Shown: positions 6,301 through 19,300 of the stretch, piece after piece | How positions within the stretch are numbered: the stretch's first letter is position 1 | Layout of the letters: each line of letters begins with the position of its first letter | Virus record (IMG/VR): IMGVR_UViG_3300022074_000002 | DNA: 64,000 nt | Origin: a virus | Strand: one strand, 5' to 3' | Made by a program: the position numbers and the translations under genes | The notes under the pieces: model-generated | The model's database searches: none | What the model saw: the letters and a program-made list of their open reading frames with translations, nothing else | What the model was told of the DNA's origin: nothing

Positions 6301-6430
6301 TGTAACTAAAGAAGAACTCGAAGTCATTGTACTACAGTTATGGAAGTCTCGGAAATCTGAAGAGAAAGTACGAGTGGTATATGAGAAGATGGAACCACTT
6401 CTAAATATTTGTAACTGTCAGGAGAAGTAA
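6290..6430 (+). CDS. Small hypothetical protein (46 aa, MLIDVTKEELEV...)
   Basis: Translated by hand; fills the gap, TAATG overlap with 6430. Confidence 0.65.
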   Translation: MLIDVTKEELEVIVLQLWKSRKSEEKVRVVYEKMEPLLNICNCQEK

Positions 6431-6807
6431 TGGCATTTCTAATTAAAAAGGAGACAATAGATACAGAGTCGGTAGGACCGTTCTGTGATTATCCTGCACA
6501 GACATTAGATGGTACTCCGTTCATGTCACCGAATGTGAAGGTTGGTCAGAGACCTGTACCGATATATGATGCAACAAGTTTACCAAGTATAGTGCCAGGC
6601 ATTAGGAGAGGTATACCACAGTGTACTAGCACAGGTCAACGGATTATTACTCCTGCTGTCAATACGACAGTTATGATTAATGGGAGACTACCCGCTGTTC
6701 AAGGTGATAATGCAACACTGGATGGAATTAGTACACCTAGACCCTTGACAGGACCATGGTTAAGTAGTACAATACAGATAGGAACTTCTGGAGGACAGAA
6801 TATTTAA
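6430..6807 (+). CDS. PAAR-like baseplate spike-tip protein (gp5.4-like)
   Basis: SPNVKVG and TTVMINGRLPAVQGD motifs; located ahead of baseplate genes. Confidence 0.6.
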   Translation: MAFLIKKETIDTESVGPFCDYPAQTLDGTPFMSPNVKVGQRPVPIYDATSLPSIVPGIRRGIPQCTSTGQRIITPAVNTTVMINGRLPAVQGDNATLDGISTPRPLTGPWLSSTIQIGTSGGQNI

Positions 6808-6953
6808 TGGCGAAAGCAAAAGGTGGTTTTGGTGTATCTCAGACTATAGAAGCAACACCAAAGAAAACAAGACAGGGTACAGGATCACATACAAAGTATT
6901 CTGCGACTAGTAGAAATAAAGCAAGGAAGAGATATAGAGGACAAGGAAAGTGA
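6807..6953 (+). CDS. Small basic conserved cyanophage protein (48 aa, ...KKTRQGTG...RNKARKRYRGQGK)
   Basis: Translated by hand; K/R-rich; coupled to both neighbours. Confidence 0.8.
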   Translation: MAKAKGGFGVSQTIEATPKKTRQGTGSHTKYSATSRNKARKRYRGQGK

Positions 6954-7171
6954 CTGAGAAGAACTATATTACTAAAGCGAAGAATCAATTCAAGTCATCT
7001 GCATATTACACATTCTGGGGTGTTGCTACAATTGCTGTAGTTGCAGGACAGGTGTATGTTGGCACTGGTTATAGAGCGATGAGCAGTAGTATTGAAGAAC
7101 TTATCGACGCTTATACAGATAGACCGAAGATAGCACCAGCAGACCTTTACTCCATGCCGATAATACGATGA
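6950..7171 (+). CDS. Small membrane protein (73 aa)
   Basis: GTG start; one hydrophobic segment FWGVATIAVVAGQVYVG. Confidence 0.65.
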   Translation: MTEKNYITKAKNQFKSSAYYTFWGVATIAVVAGQVYVGTGYRAMSSSIEELIDAYTDRPKIAPADLYSMPIIR

Positions 7172-7320
7172 AGTGTTGGCACTGTAATACTGAGTTGATT
7201 TGGGGTGGGGATAACTCCATGGAAGAGTTGAATGATGGCGATGAGTCTGAGTATGACTTCTGGTCTAACTTCACTTGTCCAAAATGTCAAGCATACGTTG
7301 AGGTATTTCATCACAAATGA
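7168..7320 (+). CDS. Zinc-ribbon protein (50 aa; CWHC...CPKC)
   Basis: Translated by hand; two CxxC motifs; ATGA overlaps on both sides. Confidence 0.75.
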   Translation: MKCWHCNTELIWGGDNSMEELNDGDESEYDFWSNFTCPKCQAYVEVFHHK

Positions 7321-7973
7321 ATTTGATTTGTAATTTGCCTTCTGAGAAGGTGTGGGTACGAAAAGAATATTTAACTGATCATCAAAGTGGATTTGGTGAG
7401 TTTGTCGAGGGCGTCTGGGTTGCTTGTAAGAGTATACCTGGTCGTGCTTTTTATTTTGAGACTTACTTACCTGAGTATGGTGCGATGTATGATAAACTTC
7501 CTATAAGTGCCTTTCTCCGAGCACCGAAAACGCCGACGCCCGATATGAGTCTAGAGAATCTGCAATTTTGGAATTGTATGGACTATGGTGTGATGGCAAT
7601 CAATAAAGGTTTCGTATCTTCTATGGATGCGGAGATACGGACAAGAGACCATGGTCTGATGAAAGGTCAGTATATCTTTACTCTTGATAACTACCATGCG
7701 AACCCTGATGTGATAGATAATAATGTAAGTGAAGTGCCACAAGAGCATAAGAGTCATAATTGTATCCAACTAGAGAATGGACAGTATGCATTGTATCCTA
7801 ATAATAGAATGCGTTTGTATGACCTCTCTATCACCCCTCAAGAACCGAAGACACCAGACTTTAAGGTTTCTACCATAGAGTACCAAGTCGAGAATGGGAC
7901 TGAGTGGGGACGGTTAGGAGATACCGATGATTATTTCTGGGAAACACCAAAGGAGAAAACAAATGGTAATTAA
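7317..7973 (+). CDS. Conserved T4-like cyanophage hypothetical protein (218 aa)
   Basis: ORF track; typical position upstream of g25. Confidence 0.8.
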   Translation: MNLICNLPSEKVWVRKEYLTDHQSGFGEFVEGVWVACKSIPGRAFYFETYLPEYGAMYDKLPISAFLRAPKTPTPDMSLENLQFWNCMDYGVMAINKGFVSSMDAEIRTRDHGLMKGQYIFTLDNYHANPDVIDNNVSEVPQEHKSHNCIQLENGQYALYPNNRMRLYDLSITPQEPKTPDFKVSTIEYQVENGTEWGRLGDTDDYFWETPKEKTNGN

Positions 7974-8142
7974 AGTAGACAAATCTGAGGAATTTATAAA
8001 AAGTGGGAAGAAACTCATCTCTGAGTACGATGCACAAGAATGGATAGACAAAATTGAAAAGAATGACGAAAGAGAATTGTTTGAGATGAAGAGAAAGAAG
8101 GAATTCCTTGACGAGTGCACTAAGTTCAGAAAAGATGGATAA
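7963..8142 (+). CDS. Small conserved protein (59 aa, MVIKVDKSEEF...)
   Basis: C-terminal part of 7927..8142 with GGAG upstream of ATG 7963. Confidence 0.7.
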   Translation: MVIKVDKSEEFIKSGKKLISEYDAQEWIDKIEKNDERELFEMKRKKEFLDECTKFRKDG

Positions 8143-8145
8143 ATA
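8139..8145 (+). promoter_or_regulatory. T4-type late promoter for g25-g6-g7
   Basis: ATAAATA 24 nt upstream of the g25 start. Confidence 0.65.
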
Positions 8146-8168
8146 AAAGCAGCCCATGCTGTCTTTAA

Positions 8169-8561
8169 ATGCCAGAAGTCTCAACCTTCAAAGATTTGAG
8201 TATTACATTCAAAAAACATCCTGTTACTAACGATTTGGTAACAGTGAAGGATAAGGCTGCTGTTGCACAATCAATAAAAGGATTATTACTTACTAGAAGA
8301 GGTGAAAGACCATTCCAACCAGAAATAGGAAGTGGTCTACAGGATCTATTGTTTGAACCATTAGATTATGGTACTGCTGGATTAATTAAAAAAGAAATTA
8401 AAGAAACTCTCAATAGGTACGAACCTAGAATATCAATTCAAGGACTTAACTGCTATCCACGAACTGACGAGAATGGATATGAAGTGCAATTAGAGTATAT
8501 GATCTTAGGTAGAGAAGACAGAGCAGTTGGGATAGATATATTTCTAGAGCGTACACGATAA
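8169..8561 (+). CDS. g25: Baseplate wedge subunit gp25
   Basis: SIKGLLLT..GERPFQP.IGS...LFEP...YEPRI pattern of the GPW/gp25 family; synteny. Confidence 0.92.
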   Translation: MPEVSTFKDLSITFKKHPVTNDLVTVKDKAAVAQSIKGLLLTRRGERPFQPEIGSGLQDLLFEPLDYGTAGLIKKEIKETLNRYEPRISIQGLNCYPRTDENGYEVQLEYMILGREDRAVGIDIFLERTR

Positions 8562-10357
8562 TGCCTTATACTCAGGTTGCCAATTTAGATTTTGATAATA
8601 TCAAAACTCAACTCAAAGAATATTTGAGGAGTCAGAATGATTTTACTGATTATGATTTTGAAGGGTCTGCACTAGCAACTCTGATAGACACTCTTGCTTA
8701 TAATACCTACTATACAGCGTTCAATACGAACATGGTAGTCAATGAACTGTTCCTTGATTCAGCAACGCTAAGAGACAACGTAGTAGCACTAGCAAAGCAA
8801 TTAGGATATAGACCAAAGAGTGCAACATCTCCTACAGCATATATTTCATTTACTGTTACCTATACTAATGCAACAACTGATAAAGAATTAAATTTAAAAC
8901 AAGGAACAGGATTTATTAGTAACTATGATAATGTCATTTACAATTATATTGTTACAAGTGATGTAAAGGCACAAGTAATAAATGGTGTTGCAACATTTAG
9001 TAACGTACCAATTAGAGAAGGAACACTATTAACAAACGAATTTGTAATAAACACTGCATCTAAGAGTCAAAGATTTATATTAGATAACCCTAACATTGAT
9101 ACTAATACAGTCTCAGTCACTGTATATCCTACTGGTGGATCTTTTAATGAACCATATTTACTTGCTGATAACATATTAGGAGTTGATGGTGCATCAAAAG
9201 TCTTCTTCTTAGATGAAATTGAGGACGGTAGGTATGAAATTTTAATGGGTGATGGTGTTCTAGGTAAGAAACTAGAGAACAATGCACGTATTGATGTATC
9301 ATATGTAACAACATCAGGTCCTGTAAGTAATGGTGTTAAGGCATTTGTATTTTCTGGTGTGATAGAAAACGAATTTGGAGTTTCTCCTAATGCGTTTACA
9401 ACAACAATTGTATCAAGCGTTGCTGCATCGGGCGGTGAAGAGATAGAAACAACTGCTAAGATAAAATACACTGCTCCAAAAGCATATGGCACACAAGACC
9501 GTGCAGTGACCGCTAACGACTACGAAACAATTGTAAGAAAAGTATATCCAGCAACAAGTGATATTATCATATTTGGTGGAGAGGATCAAGAACCACCAGA
9601 ATATGGAAAAGTATTCATTGTATTGAAACCAACTGATGCTAGTTACCTTACATCGTTGACTAAATCACAGATCATTGCTGATCTTAAAAAATATGTTGTT
9701 GCATCTGTAGAACCACAGATAGTAGATCCTTCTATTCTATTTGTTGAAATGACAAGTAAGATCTATTATAACGGAGGTATGACAGATCAGACTCCTTCTA
9801 ATATTAGAGATAGCGTAATCACTTCTATACAAGGTTATATTAATGAAAGTGATACTGAGAAATTTAATGGTAAGTTTAGGTATAGTAAGTTTGTGGGTGT
9901 TATAGATGATGCTGATGTTAGTATCAATTCTAATCTCACTAGTCTCATGATGAGAAAAGACTTCTATCCTCAGTTAAATTCTACCTTCTATTATGAGGTA
10001 TGTTTCCAGAATGCCTTTGATGAAGACTGTGACGATCCAGTCTTATCATCTACTGGTTTTAGAGTAACAGAATATCCTAATTTTGATGTCTATGTTGAAG
10101 ATAGAAATAAGAAAATTGTCCTATATAGACTAGATAGCGTAACTGGTGAGAAAGTTGTTCTAGACAGTGATATTGGCGACATAGATTATGTAAAAGGTGA
10201 GTTGAAGATGTATGCTTTGACAATTATTAAAGGTAGTTTCTTTGATAATCGTATTTCACTAAGAGTAAAACCACTATCAAACGACATTAAGGCAATGCGT
10301 GAGGTATACCTTGACGTTGACGTTCCTAATTCATCCTTCACTGCATATAAAGAGTAA
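8561..10357 (+). CDS. g6: Baseplate wedge subunit gp6
   Basis: LDFDNIK..LKEYL...FTDYDFEGS...LAYNTYY, AK.LGY.P and QDRAVTANDY motifs. Confidence 0.95.
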   Translation: MPYTQVANLDFDNIKTQLKEYLRSQNDFTDYDFEGSALATLIDTLAYNTYYTAFNTNMVVNELFLDSATLRDNVVALAKQLGYRPKSATSPTAYISFTVTYTNATTDKELNLKQGTGFISNYDNVIYNYIVTSDVKAQVINGVATFSNVPIREGTLLTNEFVINTASKSQRFILDNPNIDTNTVSVTVYPTGGSFNEPYLLADNILGVDGASKVFFLDEIEDGRYEILMGDGVLGKKLENNARIDVSYVTTSGPVSNGVKAFVFSGVIENEFGVSPNAFTTTIVSSVAASGGEEIETTAKIKYTAPKAYGTQDRAVTANDYETIVRKVYPATSDIIIFGGEDQEPPEYGKVFIVLKPTDASYLTSLTKSQIIADLKKYVVASVEPQIVDPSILFVEMTSKIYYNGGMTDQTPSNIRDSVITSIQGYINESDTEKFNGKFRYSKFVGVIDDADVSINSNLTSLMMRKDFYPQLNSTFYYEVCFQNAFDEDCDDPVLSSTGFRVTEYPNFDVYVEDRNKKIVLYRLDSVTGEKVVLDSDIGDIDYVKGELKMYALTIIKGSFFDNRISLRVKPLSNDIKAMREVYLDVDVPNSSFTAYKE

Positions 10358-10361
10358 GTAA

Positions 10362-13300
10362 ATGGTTGCTGTAAAAACAAAGAGAATATCTACTCTGATA
10401 GAGACACAGCTTCCTGAGTTCATTAGTACAGAATACGAACTTTTTAGTAAGTTTGTAACGAAGTATTATGAAGCACAGGAGGTACAGGGTGGTACTCTAG
10501 ACATTATTAATAATATTCAAAAATATGCAGACATTGATTACTATGAAAAGAACTTACTTAGACAACACGATACTTTGGATGTTAGTATCACTAATAGTAG
10601 CGACACAATTGTACTACAAGATGCAAGGAGTTTTCCAGAAAAAGACGGATATATTAGAATAGATGATGAGATAATATTTTACGCAACTAGAACTGATACA
10701 ACCTTAAGTGGATGTTCTAGAGGTGTTAGTGGTAATACAAAAATTGGTGATCTATACAGTAAAAGTAATTTTGTAAGTACAACTGCTACAGCACATGCTG
10801 CTGGTCAAACAGTTTACAATATTAGTAATCTTTTTCTTTATGCATTAGTAAAGAATTTTGAGAAACAATATCTAGGTTCATTCCCTGAGAAATATCTTAG
10901 AGGTAGTGTTGATAAAAGAACCTTAATAAAGAACATACAGAATTTCTATAAAGCGAAAGGAACTGATAGTTCTATTAAGTTTGTTTTCAATAGTATTATT
11001 GATAAGGACTTTGATCCTCTTGATCGTACTAACTTAGCACAGTTTGAGTGGTTTATAAAATCTGAGTTTGATAATATTGCCATAGATGTTACAAGTCCAA
11101 ATGGTCAATTTTTAGTTGGTGATAGAATCAAAACCACTACTGCTAGTGGAGAGATTGCTAAGATTGTTAGAAATGATCAGAACGTAATTACAAGAGTATA
11201 TTTAAGACAAGTATCCAGCACCTTCTCTCTTGGAGATAGTGTTACTGGCACTACAGGATCAACATTTACTGCTAGTACAGTATATACATTCCCTAATGGT
11301 ATTTTCTACATCAACTTTGGTAAATTGCCACAGTTATTTGGAGATTTTGAATATGGCAAATATTATTTTGCACCAGAAGGAATAAGGATCTTCCAAAACT
11401 GGCAAATTATATGGAATCAATCTGACCCTTCTAACTTACCGATGCCTATCCATCCAGATGGTCATCCTATGAAGTTTAGTACCACTAGAGAAGGTACATT
11501 ACTTGGTGGTCAACAATATTACAACAGCAAACCTGTTCTTGGTGTCAAGACAAACTACGATAATGAATTCCAACCAGAATTCATGATGAATGTTGATGAG
11601 TCTAATAAGATTTACTATTATTGTGCTTATCATCGTTACATGTCAGGTCTTGATGGTGATGAAGGTTACATGGAGTTGGTTGCTAATACAAGACCAAGAA
11701 AAATTGTAAAACCTGAGGTATACAAACCAAGAGATTTTACATATAAAGCATCTAATGCAGATTGGATAAACGTATATGCACTTAAGTGTAAAGTTATATC
11801 TGGTGATGTAAAAAGTTTAGTAGGAAAGAAAATAGTTCAATCTGATACAGAAGAGTATGACTATGCAGATGCTGTTGTAGACAATGTATATGCAGATGGA
11901 ACTAGAGATGATGAGGTAATCTATAATATAGTTTTAGCACCAGAGACAGTTAATGGTACATTTGGTGTCTCAACTAAGACTCAACTTGAGAAAGTGCTAA
12001 TAGGCACTAAGTCTAAAGGAGATAGGATTGATGTATTCTCTACTACTGGTTGGGATAATACAGGATCAGTATTGATTGGTGATGAGACAATTACATTTAG
12101 TGAAAAGACTGTAGGTCAATTTATTATTGACAATAGATTAGCACAGACTGCTGTGCAGCACGATGTTGGTACACCAGTATACAAACCTGTTACAATAGCA
12201 GGATCTGGTGTCACGTTGTTGACGATGGGTATTGTTTATAATTTACAACCATCAGATCCACAACCATACTCTTTTGTAGGAGATAAGATACAAGTATCTA
12301 ATCCTGGTTTTGAGACTTCTGATTCTAAGATTGTAAACGTAGGAACAAATCAGACTAGATGGATATTAGGAACTGGTGCAGCAGTTAATGTTCCTACATT
12401 ATCTGCAGTTGCTACATCATTAGATCAAGTACCAACAAATGTATCTGCTATACTTGCAGATGATCAGTATTATTATATTGCTAGTTCTAGTTTCCCATCA
12501 CATAAAATTTTAGATGGTTCTACTGTGACACAAACAGTATTGGATCAGAAACTTCTTCGTATTATTAGAAAACAAGCAACTAGAACTACAGAAACATATC
12601 CTACACCTAAGAGAGATATTGGTATTGGATTAAATGGTGTTCCTTTTTATGGTTATAAAGATGCAGAAAGTATTAGATATGGTAAGTTAGAACAAATCAA
12701 GGTTGATCTTCGTGGAACTGGATATGTAAGACCACCATTTGTATTGATTGATCAAGTACCTAATAAAGCAAGAGCAATATTAGCAGGACAAGTTGTAGAA
12801 AGCATAAGTGTGGATACTACTGATGTATTTCCTAGAACTCCAGACGTATTAATTACATCTGGTAGAAATGCTGCTGTTCGTGCTGTAGTAACTGGTGGTA
12901 AGGTCACAAGTCTTATACTTGATAATGCTGGTGAGTTCTATTCTTCACCTCCACAAGTTGTAATTAGAGATAATGCTGGTAGAGGTAGGTTTGCTGAGTT
13001 TGAAGCAGTTGTTAATACTGATGGACAGATTACTGGATTTAATAAGATTGCAGAGGGTAACTTCTATAATCAAAATACTGTAATAGTTGAAATAGTTCCA
13101 GTGGGCAGTGGTGCAACTGGTATACCTCTTCTTAAAGAATGGAATTTTAATAGATATAAAAAATTAGAAACTAAATTAGACACAGAGAATGGTTATGTAT
13201 TTGGAAACAGCAATAACGTATTGGAGTATGGTTATGGTTATGCTGCAAACCCGAAAGCACTTCGTGTTTCTCTTAGTGATAACCTAAACAGTGCTGGAAC

Positions 13301-16300
13301 AGAACCAGCATCTAAATCACACTCACCTATTATTGGTTTTGCTTATGATGGTAATCCAATCTATGGTGCGTTTGGTTATCAAGATCCTTTAGATTCTACG
13401 TCATCTATTACTAGAATGACATCTAGTTATTCTATTAATGGAAATCGTTCTGAAGGACCTGACTTGACAACCTATCCTATCGGAACTTTTGTCAATGACT
13501 ATACCTATACCCACAAAAGTGGCACACTAGATGAAAACAATGGAAGATTTTGCACCACCCCAGAATTTCCGCAAGGAACTTATGCTTATTTCATTACTAT
13601 TGATAGCAATCAAGTACCGCAGTATCCATACATTATAGGAGAGAATTTTTATTCTCTTCCTGTAGATAGTAATTACAATTCTGATATTAACCAGAACGAC
13701 ATTCCTAAAAAAGCAAGACGTTTTTACCAAGCAGGAATGCCACGTAATGGTGATGGTTTTATTGCACAAATAGAAGAAGTAAAACAAGGTAATGTTGAGA
13801 GTGTTAGTGTATTAGATACATCTGCTAACTTCTCTATCAACTCGCAGTTATATTTTGACAATACAGGAACACAAGGTTCAGAAGCAGAAGCAATCGTTAG
13901 TTCTGTAAAAGGTAAAGATGTATCTTACTTACAATCAAAAGAAAACAAGGTTGTTAAACTAACAATCATTCAAAGTGCATACTTATTTGCAGATGATACG
14001 TTATCACAACCGACGTCTGGTGCATCTGGAACTATTGTTGGAACAGTTAAGAATGATAGTACAATTGTATTGAAAAATGTAACTGGTACATTCAATAATA
14101 CTGGTACATTCTCTGCTGCTATTAAGACATTTGATATTTTATTAGATCAAAGAAGTTCTTACACTAAAGGTGCAATATTAAGTTTGACTGATGGTGTAAA
14201 TGCTCCTATTGCTACTGCCGAAGTATTAGAAGGAACGTCTGCCCAAAACGTAGTCCAGATCAAGGTTTTGACAGGTACATGGACTACTGATAACACATAT
14301 TTCATACAGTCTAATGATTTGTTCAATACATCTGGAACTAGAATAGTAACACTCACATCATTGAGTGATGGATTAGAACCATTTGAAGTAAATCAAAGTG
14401 TAGCACTAATAGAAACCACATCCAATCATGGATTGGGAATTGGAGACAATGTAACTATTGACATCAACCCTGATGATGCAACTAAAACAAAAACATACTA
14501 CATTAGAAAGAGATTATATCAAGAGGCAGTTCTAATACCTCCTAATGCAAAGACCAATATTAATTTTACAGGAATAGGAAGATATGAAATCCTTAATGGT
14601 GGTGCTGATTACACAGCTGGCACTTACACTAGCATTGCTCTTACTGGTGGATCGGGATCTGGAGCAACTGCTACCTTTACTGTATCTTCTGCAGGGGTAG
14701 TTTCTGGTATACAGATACAAGATGCTGGTGTAGGATATGCAAGAGGAGATTATCTTGGAGTTGCAGATGAGGATCTAGTAAGATCTGGTGCATCACAATC
14801 AACATCAAGGTTTACAATCTATGTTGGTCATGTAGGTGTTGCTGTTGGTGCAACAAAAGTTACTGTAGATAACGCACAAGGATTTGCAACAGATGACTTT
14901 ATACAAATAGGTCAAGAAGTTTTAAAGATTGCTGGTATTAATGGAAACGATCTTTCTGTAACTAGAGGACAAGAGGGAACTACAGATGTAGATCATTTTG
15001 ATGGACAGGAAGTATCTCTTTACAATGCTCAATATAACTTTACAAATAATTACCAGATCTTTAGTGGTTCACTATCAGGTTACATACAATCCTATGATCC
15101 TATAACACATAAGATAGTTGTTGTATATGATTATGCAACATTAAACACTAATGCAAATAAAGTTGTATTGAGTTCTAGTTTCTTTGATACTAGCACACCA
15201 CAAAGATTGGTTGCTGTTAGATCTGCTGAAGATGTAGTATACAAATTTGAATTCTCAGAAGATAATAGTACATTTGTACCTAACCCTAACATAGATCTAC
15301 AAGAATTTTACAAGTATAAGTTTGATACGTCTCATTCTAGTCTCACTGGGACTTACTTTGATATTAGTCCAAGTAGTAATTACAATTTAATTACAGTAGA
15401 GAAAATTGAATCAACTATATTACCTGGTAATGCTGGTGCATTTACAGATGTTAAGTTTGGATTTGGTTCTAGACTTACTACTAATACATATCAAACAAAA
15501 ACTGGAACAGATTTTACAAACTTCTATTACTTTGATAATAAGAATGTAGTAAACTCTGGAGGATCATACTTTAAACTTGTAACTGATCCTCTACAAGGAA
15601 CTAAGACTATCAATTATGTTACACCAAATCGTTTTGTTTATGATGTTACCAGTACTCCTCTTTGGGATGGTTCTGGATCCATTTCTTATACTACTAATGG
15701 TCAGTTCGCTATCGGTAAGATTAATACAGTCGGAATTATAAATTTAGGATTAAACTATAAGAAAGTTCCAGTTATCACTGGTGTTGATCCTGCAGAGTCT
15801 TACAGAGCAGCAGCAACTGTAACATTTGATGCAGCATCACAAACTATTACAGGAGTTGACATTACAAATGAAGGATCTAACTATGTAAATCCTAAAATTG
15901 TAATAACTAAGTCTGATGGATCAGATGTAAAATTCAATGTTCTTGTAAGAGAAGGTAAAGTCACATCTATTACTGTAGAAAAACCAGGCAGAGGTTATAC
16001 ATATGCACCTGAGATTCTTATTGTAGAAGGTGAGGTAGAAGCATTTGTTGAGAGTACATCTATAGGTGTACCACAGAGTGTAAGAATAACATCTAACGGT
16101 GGAGCATTCCATTTAGATGAAACTGTGTCATCTACATTCCGATCTAACTATGTTCTTGCATTGAAAAATTATAATGGCAACTTTAGAATTGGTGAACAAG
16201 TAGTTCAAAAAATTAATGGTGTAGAAGTATTCAGAGCAACAGTTGTAGATTGGAGATTTGGATCTAATTTACTTAAGGTAGAAAATTCTACTGGTATAGT

Positions 16301-19300
16301 TCGTGAAGATGTTTCTATAGAATCTACAATTATGCCAGTATCTGGTATAGTACAATCTATATTTGTAACTACATTTAGTGAAGAGATTTCTAGTTTTTAT
16401 GATAACTTAGGTTTCTATCAATCAGACAAAGGAAAACTAGGTGTACAAAATCAAAAGATAATAGACAGTTTATTCTATCAAGATTATTCTTATGTTATTA
16501 AGTCAGGAACATCTATTGAGCAATGGCGTGATCTTATCAAAGCAACTACACACCCTGCTGGTTTCAAATTATTTGGTCAAGTTGATATTGAAGCAACTGC
16601 TAATTTTGCAACAAGAGATCAAGGTTCATTAGTTGAGTTGCCTAAAGATCGTACACCTGATGCAACACACTTCACCGTTGTACAACTTTGGGATCCTGAG
16701 AAGAATAAGATTACAGTTGAGAACTCAAGTAGAATTGTTACACAGACTGTACAGAAAGTTGAGAACCAAAGAATACGTAAAGGATTTGGTACTGCTGCAA
16801 CAAGTGAGTTTAATTTTAACGAAGCAGAGGCATTTGAGTTTACATTAGGTGCAGTATTTGATGGAGCATTTGATAATGATGGTAGATTACAAGGAACTAC
16901 TGCATTTACAACTAAGAAAGATGGTGTGGCATTTAACTTAGCAGATAATAAGTTAAAAAATATGATTGTGACTCTTGATGGAGTTATACAAGAACCTGGC
17001 ATTGCATATACTATAAATTCTGGAAATATTACATTCTCACAACCACCTCTTGTTGGCGTTACATTCTATGGTAAGGTCTTTAAATTTAAAGATGAACAAT
17101 ACAATACAAAATACTTTAAAAAATTAAGAAATATATTCCAACGTGGTGGTACATGGATAGATTCTGCAAATCAAATTGAAAGAAATGTACAGTTTATTAT
17201 TGATGAGACTATTGGATATGGTAAAGCAACTCACCCATCATTAGACTGGAGTACCAAACAAGATGATTATGAGGCAAACATCAGAGCAATCTTAGATGCT
17301 TATCAACATGATATTAGATTTGGTGGAAATATCAAGACAATTGATTATGCATCAATCTTTAGTTCGGGTAGTGCTTATCTTTACATTAGGAATTATAAGA
17401 CACAATCTAATGATATATTTGAGTATGCAACTAGATTAGCAAAACTTGCAATTAGGAACTGGGACTTTGTTGATGTAAACATTGCATATGTTCAAGGTCA
17501 GAAAACAATGACTGTCAGCAGCACTAAGAATCTTGCTGTTGGTTTGTTTGTAAGTTCTGGTAAATCATATCCAACAGGAACTAAGATTGTATCTATTGAT
17601 AGTGATACACAGGTCACATTAAACAATGCTGCACTTGCAAACTCTGGTGGTGGCGGTGGTGCTCCATCTGGTACCACTCCTGTATCTGGCACAGGTAGTA
17701 CAACTACTATTGGCACTAGCACTGCACAAGTTCCATTAGGAAGCACATTCACTGTGCCACCTGGTGCAACTGTCACAGTACCTCTTTCTTTCTCAGGTAC
17801 AACACAAGCTAAGTTTGGTTGGAGTGCATTGAACAATGGTATGTTCTATAAAGCAGGAGAGTTGATAGAGAAGAATGAAACAGAAATTATTCAATTAGCA
17901 TTGAATGCAACTCAAACACAGTATCCAAACTTAGGTTGGGGTGGAGGTCCTGGTGTAGCACCATATTATCCTCTTCAAATGAGACCATTGATACAGGCGT
18001 ATGTTTATCATCTTAAGATGGGTGGTAATTTTAAAATTGTAGAGAATGCACAAGCATACTATAAACAAAATGATTATCCTTATGGTGAAGAGTTGTATTA
18101 CGATGCATCATCTTTAGGTGAAGTCCAGAAGGGAATTACTGGAACTGTGGAGTCAACAATTTTCATAATGAATGAAGTTAAAAATAATTGTATACAGGCA
18201 ATGAGAAATCAGTTGTCAATCACAGATCCTAATGTTCTTGTAGATTCTCTAAGTCCTGTATGTGCAGAAGTAGAGAGTACACTTAACACATACCATGATA
18301 TTACTGAGACTATTATTACAGAAGGGCGTGGACTTGTAGAGAAGACACCAGTTAATCAAAATAAGTCTGGTTATTGGACTGGTACAGTAACATATTCTAA
18401 TTACAATATACTTGGTGATCCTTTACTTCCTGTAGAGGAATGCACTACTGTCATCTCTGCAATGGATTCACTGTATGAAAATTTAAGTGATGTTGTAAAA
18501 GAAGAGTCTGTAACAAGAAGTCTACCTGATTATATTGATGGTGAGACCACAGACTTTGAATTATATTGGGATGATAATACTGAAGTAAACACAGAAGAAG
18601 ATGAAGATTTATTCCTTACAATCAATTCAGTATTACAAAGACCTAAGTTTACAGAAAACTATCCATTAAAAGATGCTTACTGGATTGATAGAACTGTTAT
18701 TCCTAACGTAATTAAATTTGATACTGCTCCTATATGGGATCAAGACTTAGGTGCTAAGAGTATTGGTGAACCAACTGCTGTAGAAAAAGTTGTAGGTATT
18801 GGTGTTTCTAATTACAAGAGATTGACAATTGATTTTGAATTGGTAGATGGTGTTAGAAACGGACCTTTCTTAATTCTTGATGTATTAGATGGAACTGTTC
18901 AAAGCATTGAATCCGAAGATAGTTTGTATGTATTCTTAGATGGTGTACTACAAGTAAATGGAAAGGCGTATACTGTTTCAGGTCCTAATATCACATTCCA
19001 TGATTCTATCAAGAAAGATATGCAGATTGACATGCGTTACATCTATGGTAGAGACGTAGGTCAAATATTAAACATATATGACTTTGCACCTGACACTTAT
19101 TTCAGTCAAGGAACTTTCTCATTTGTTGCTTCCCAACAAAACATGGATACTTTGTTAAGTTATACATGGATGGGTGAAAAGATAGGTAATCCTATACATG
19201 TGTGGCAAACAAGAGCAAATGGTACTAAGAATGTAATAGGTGAACTTTCAAACCCAATTAGAACTGGAAACACTGTAGTATTTGAATTAAAATCTCAAAA

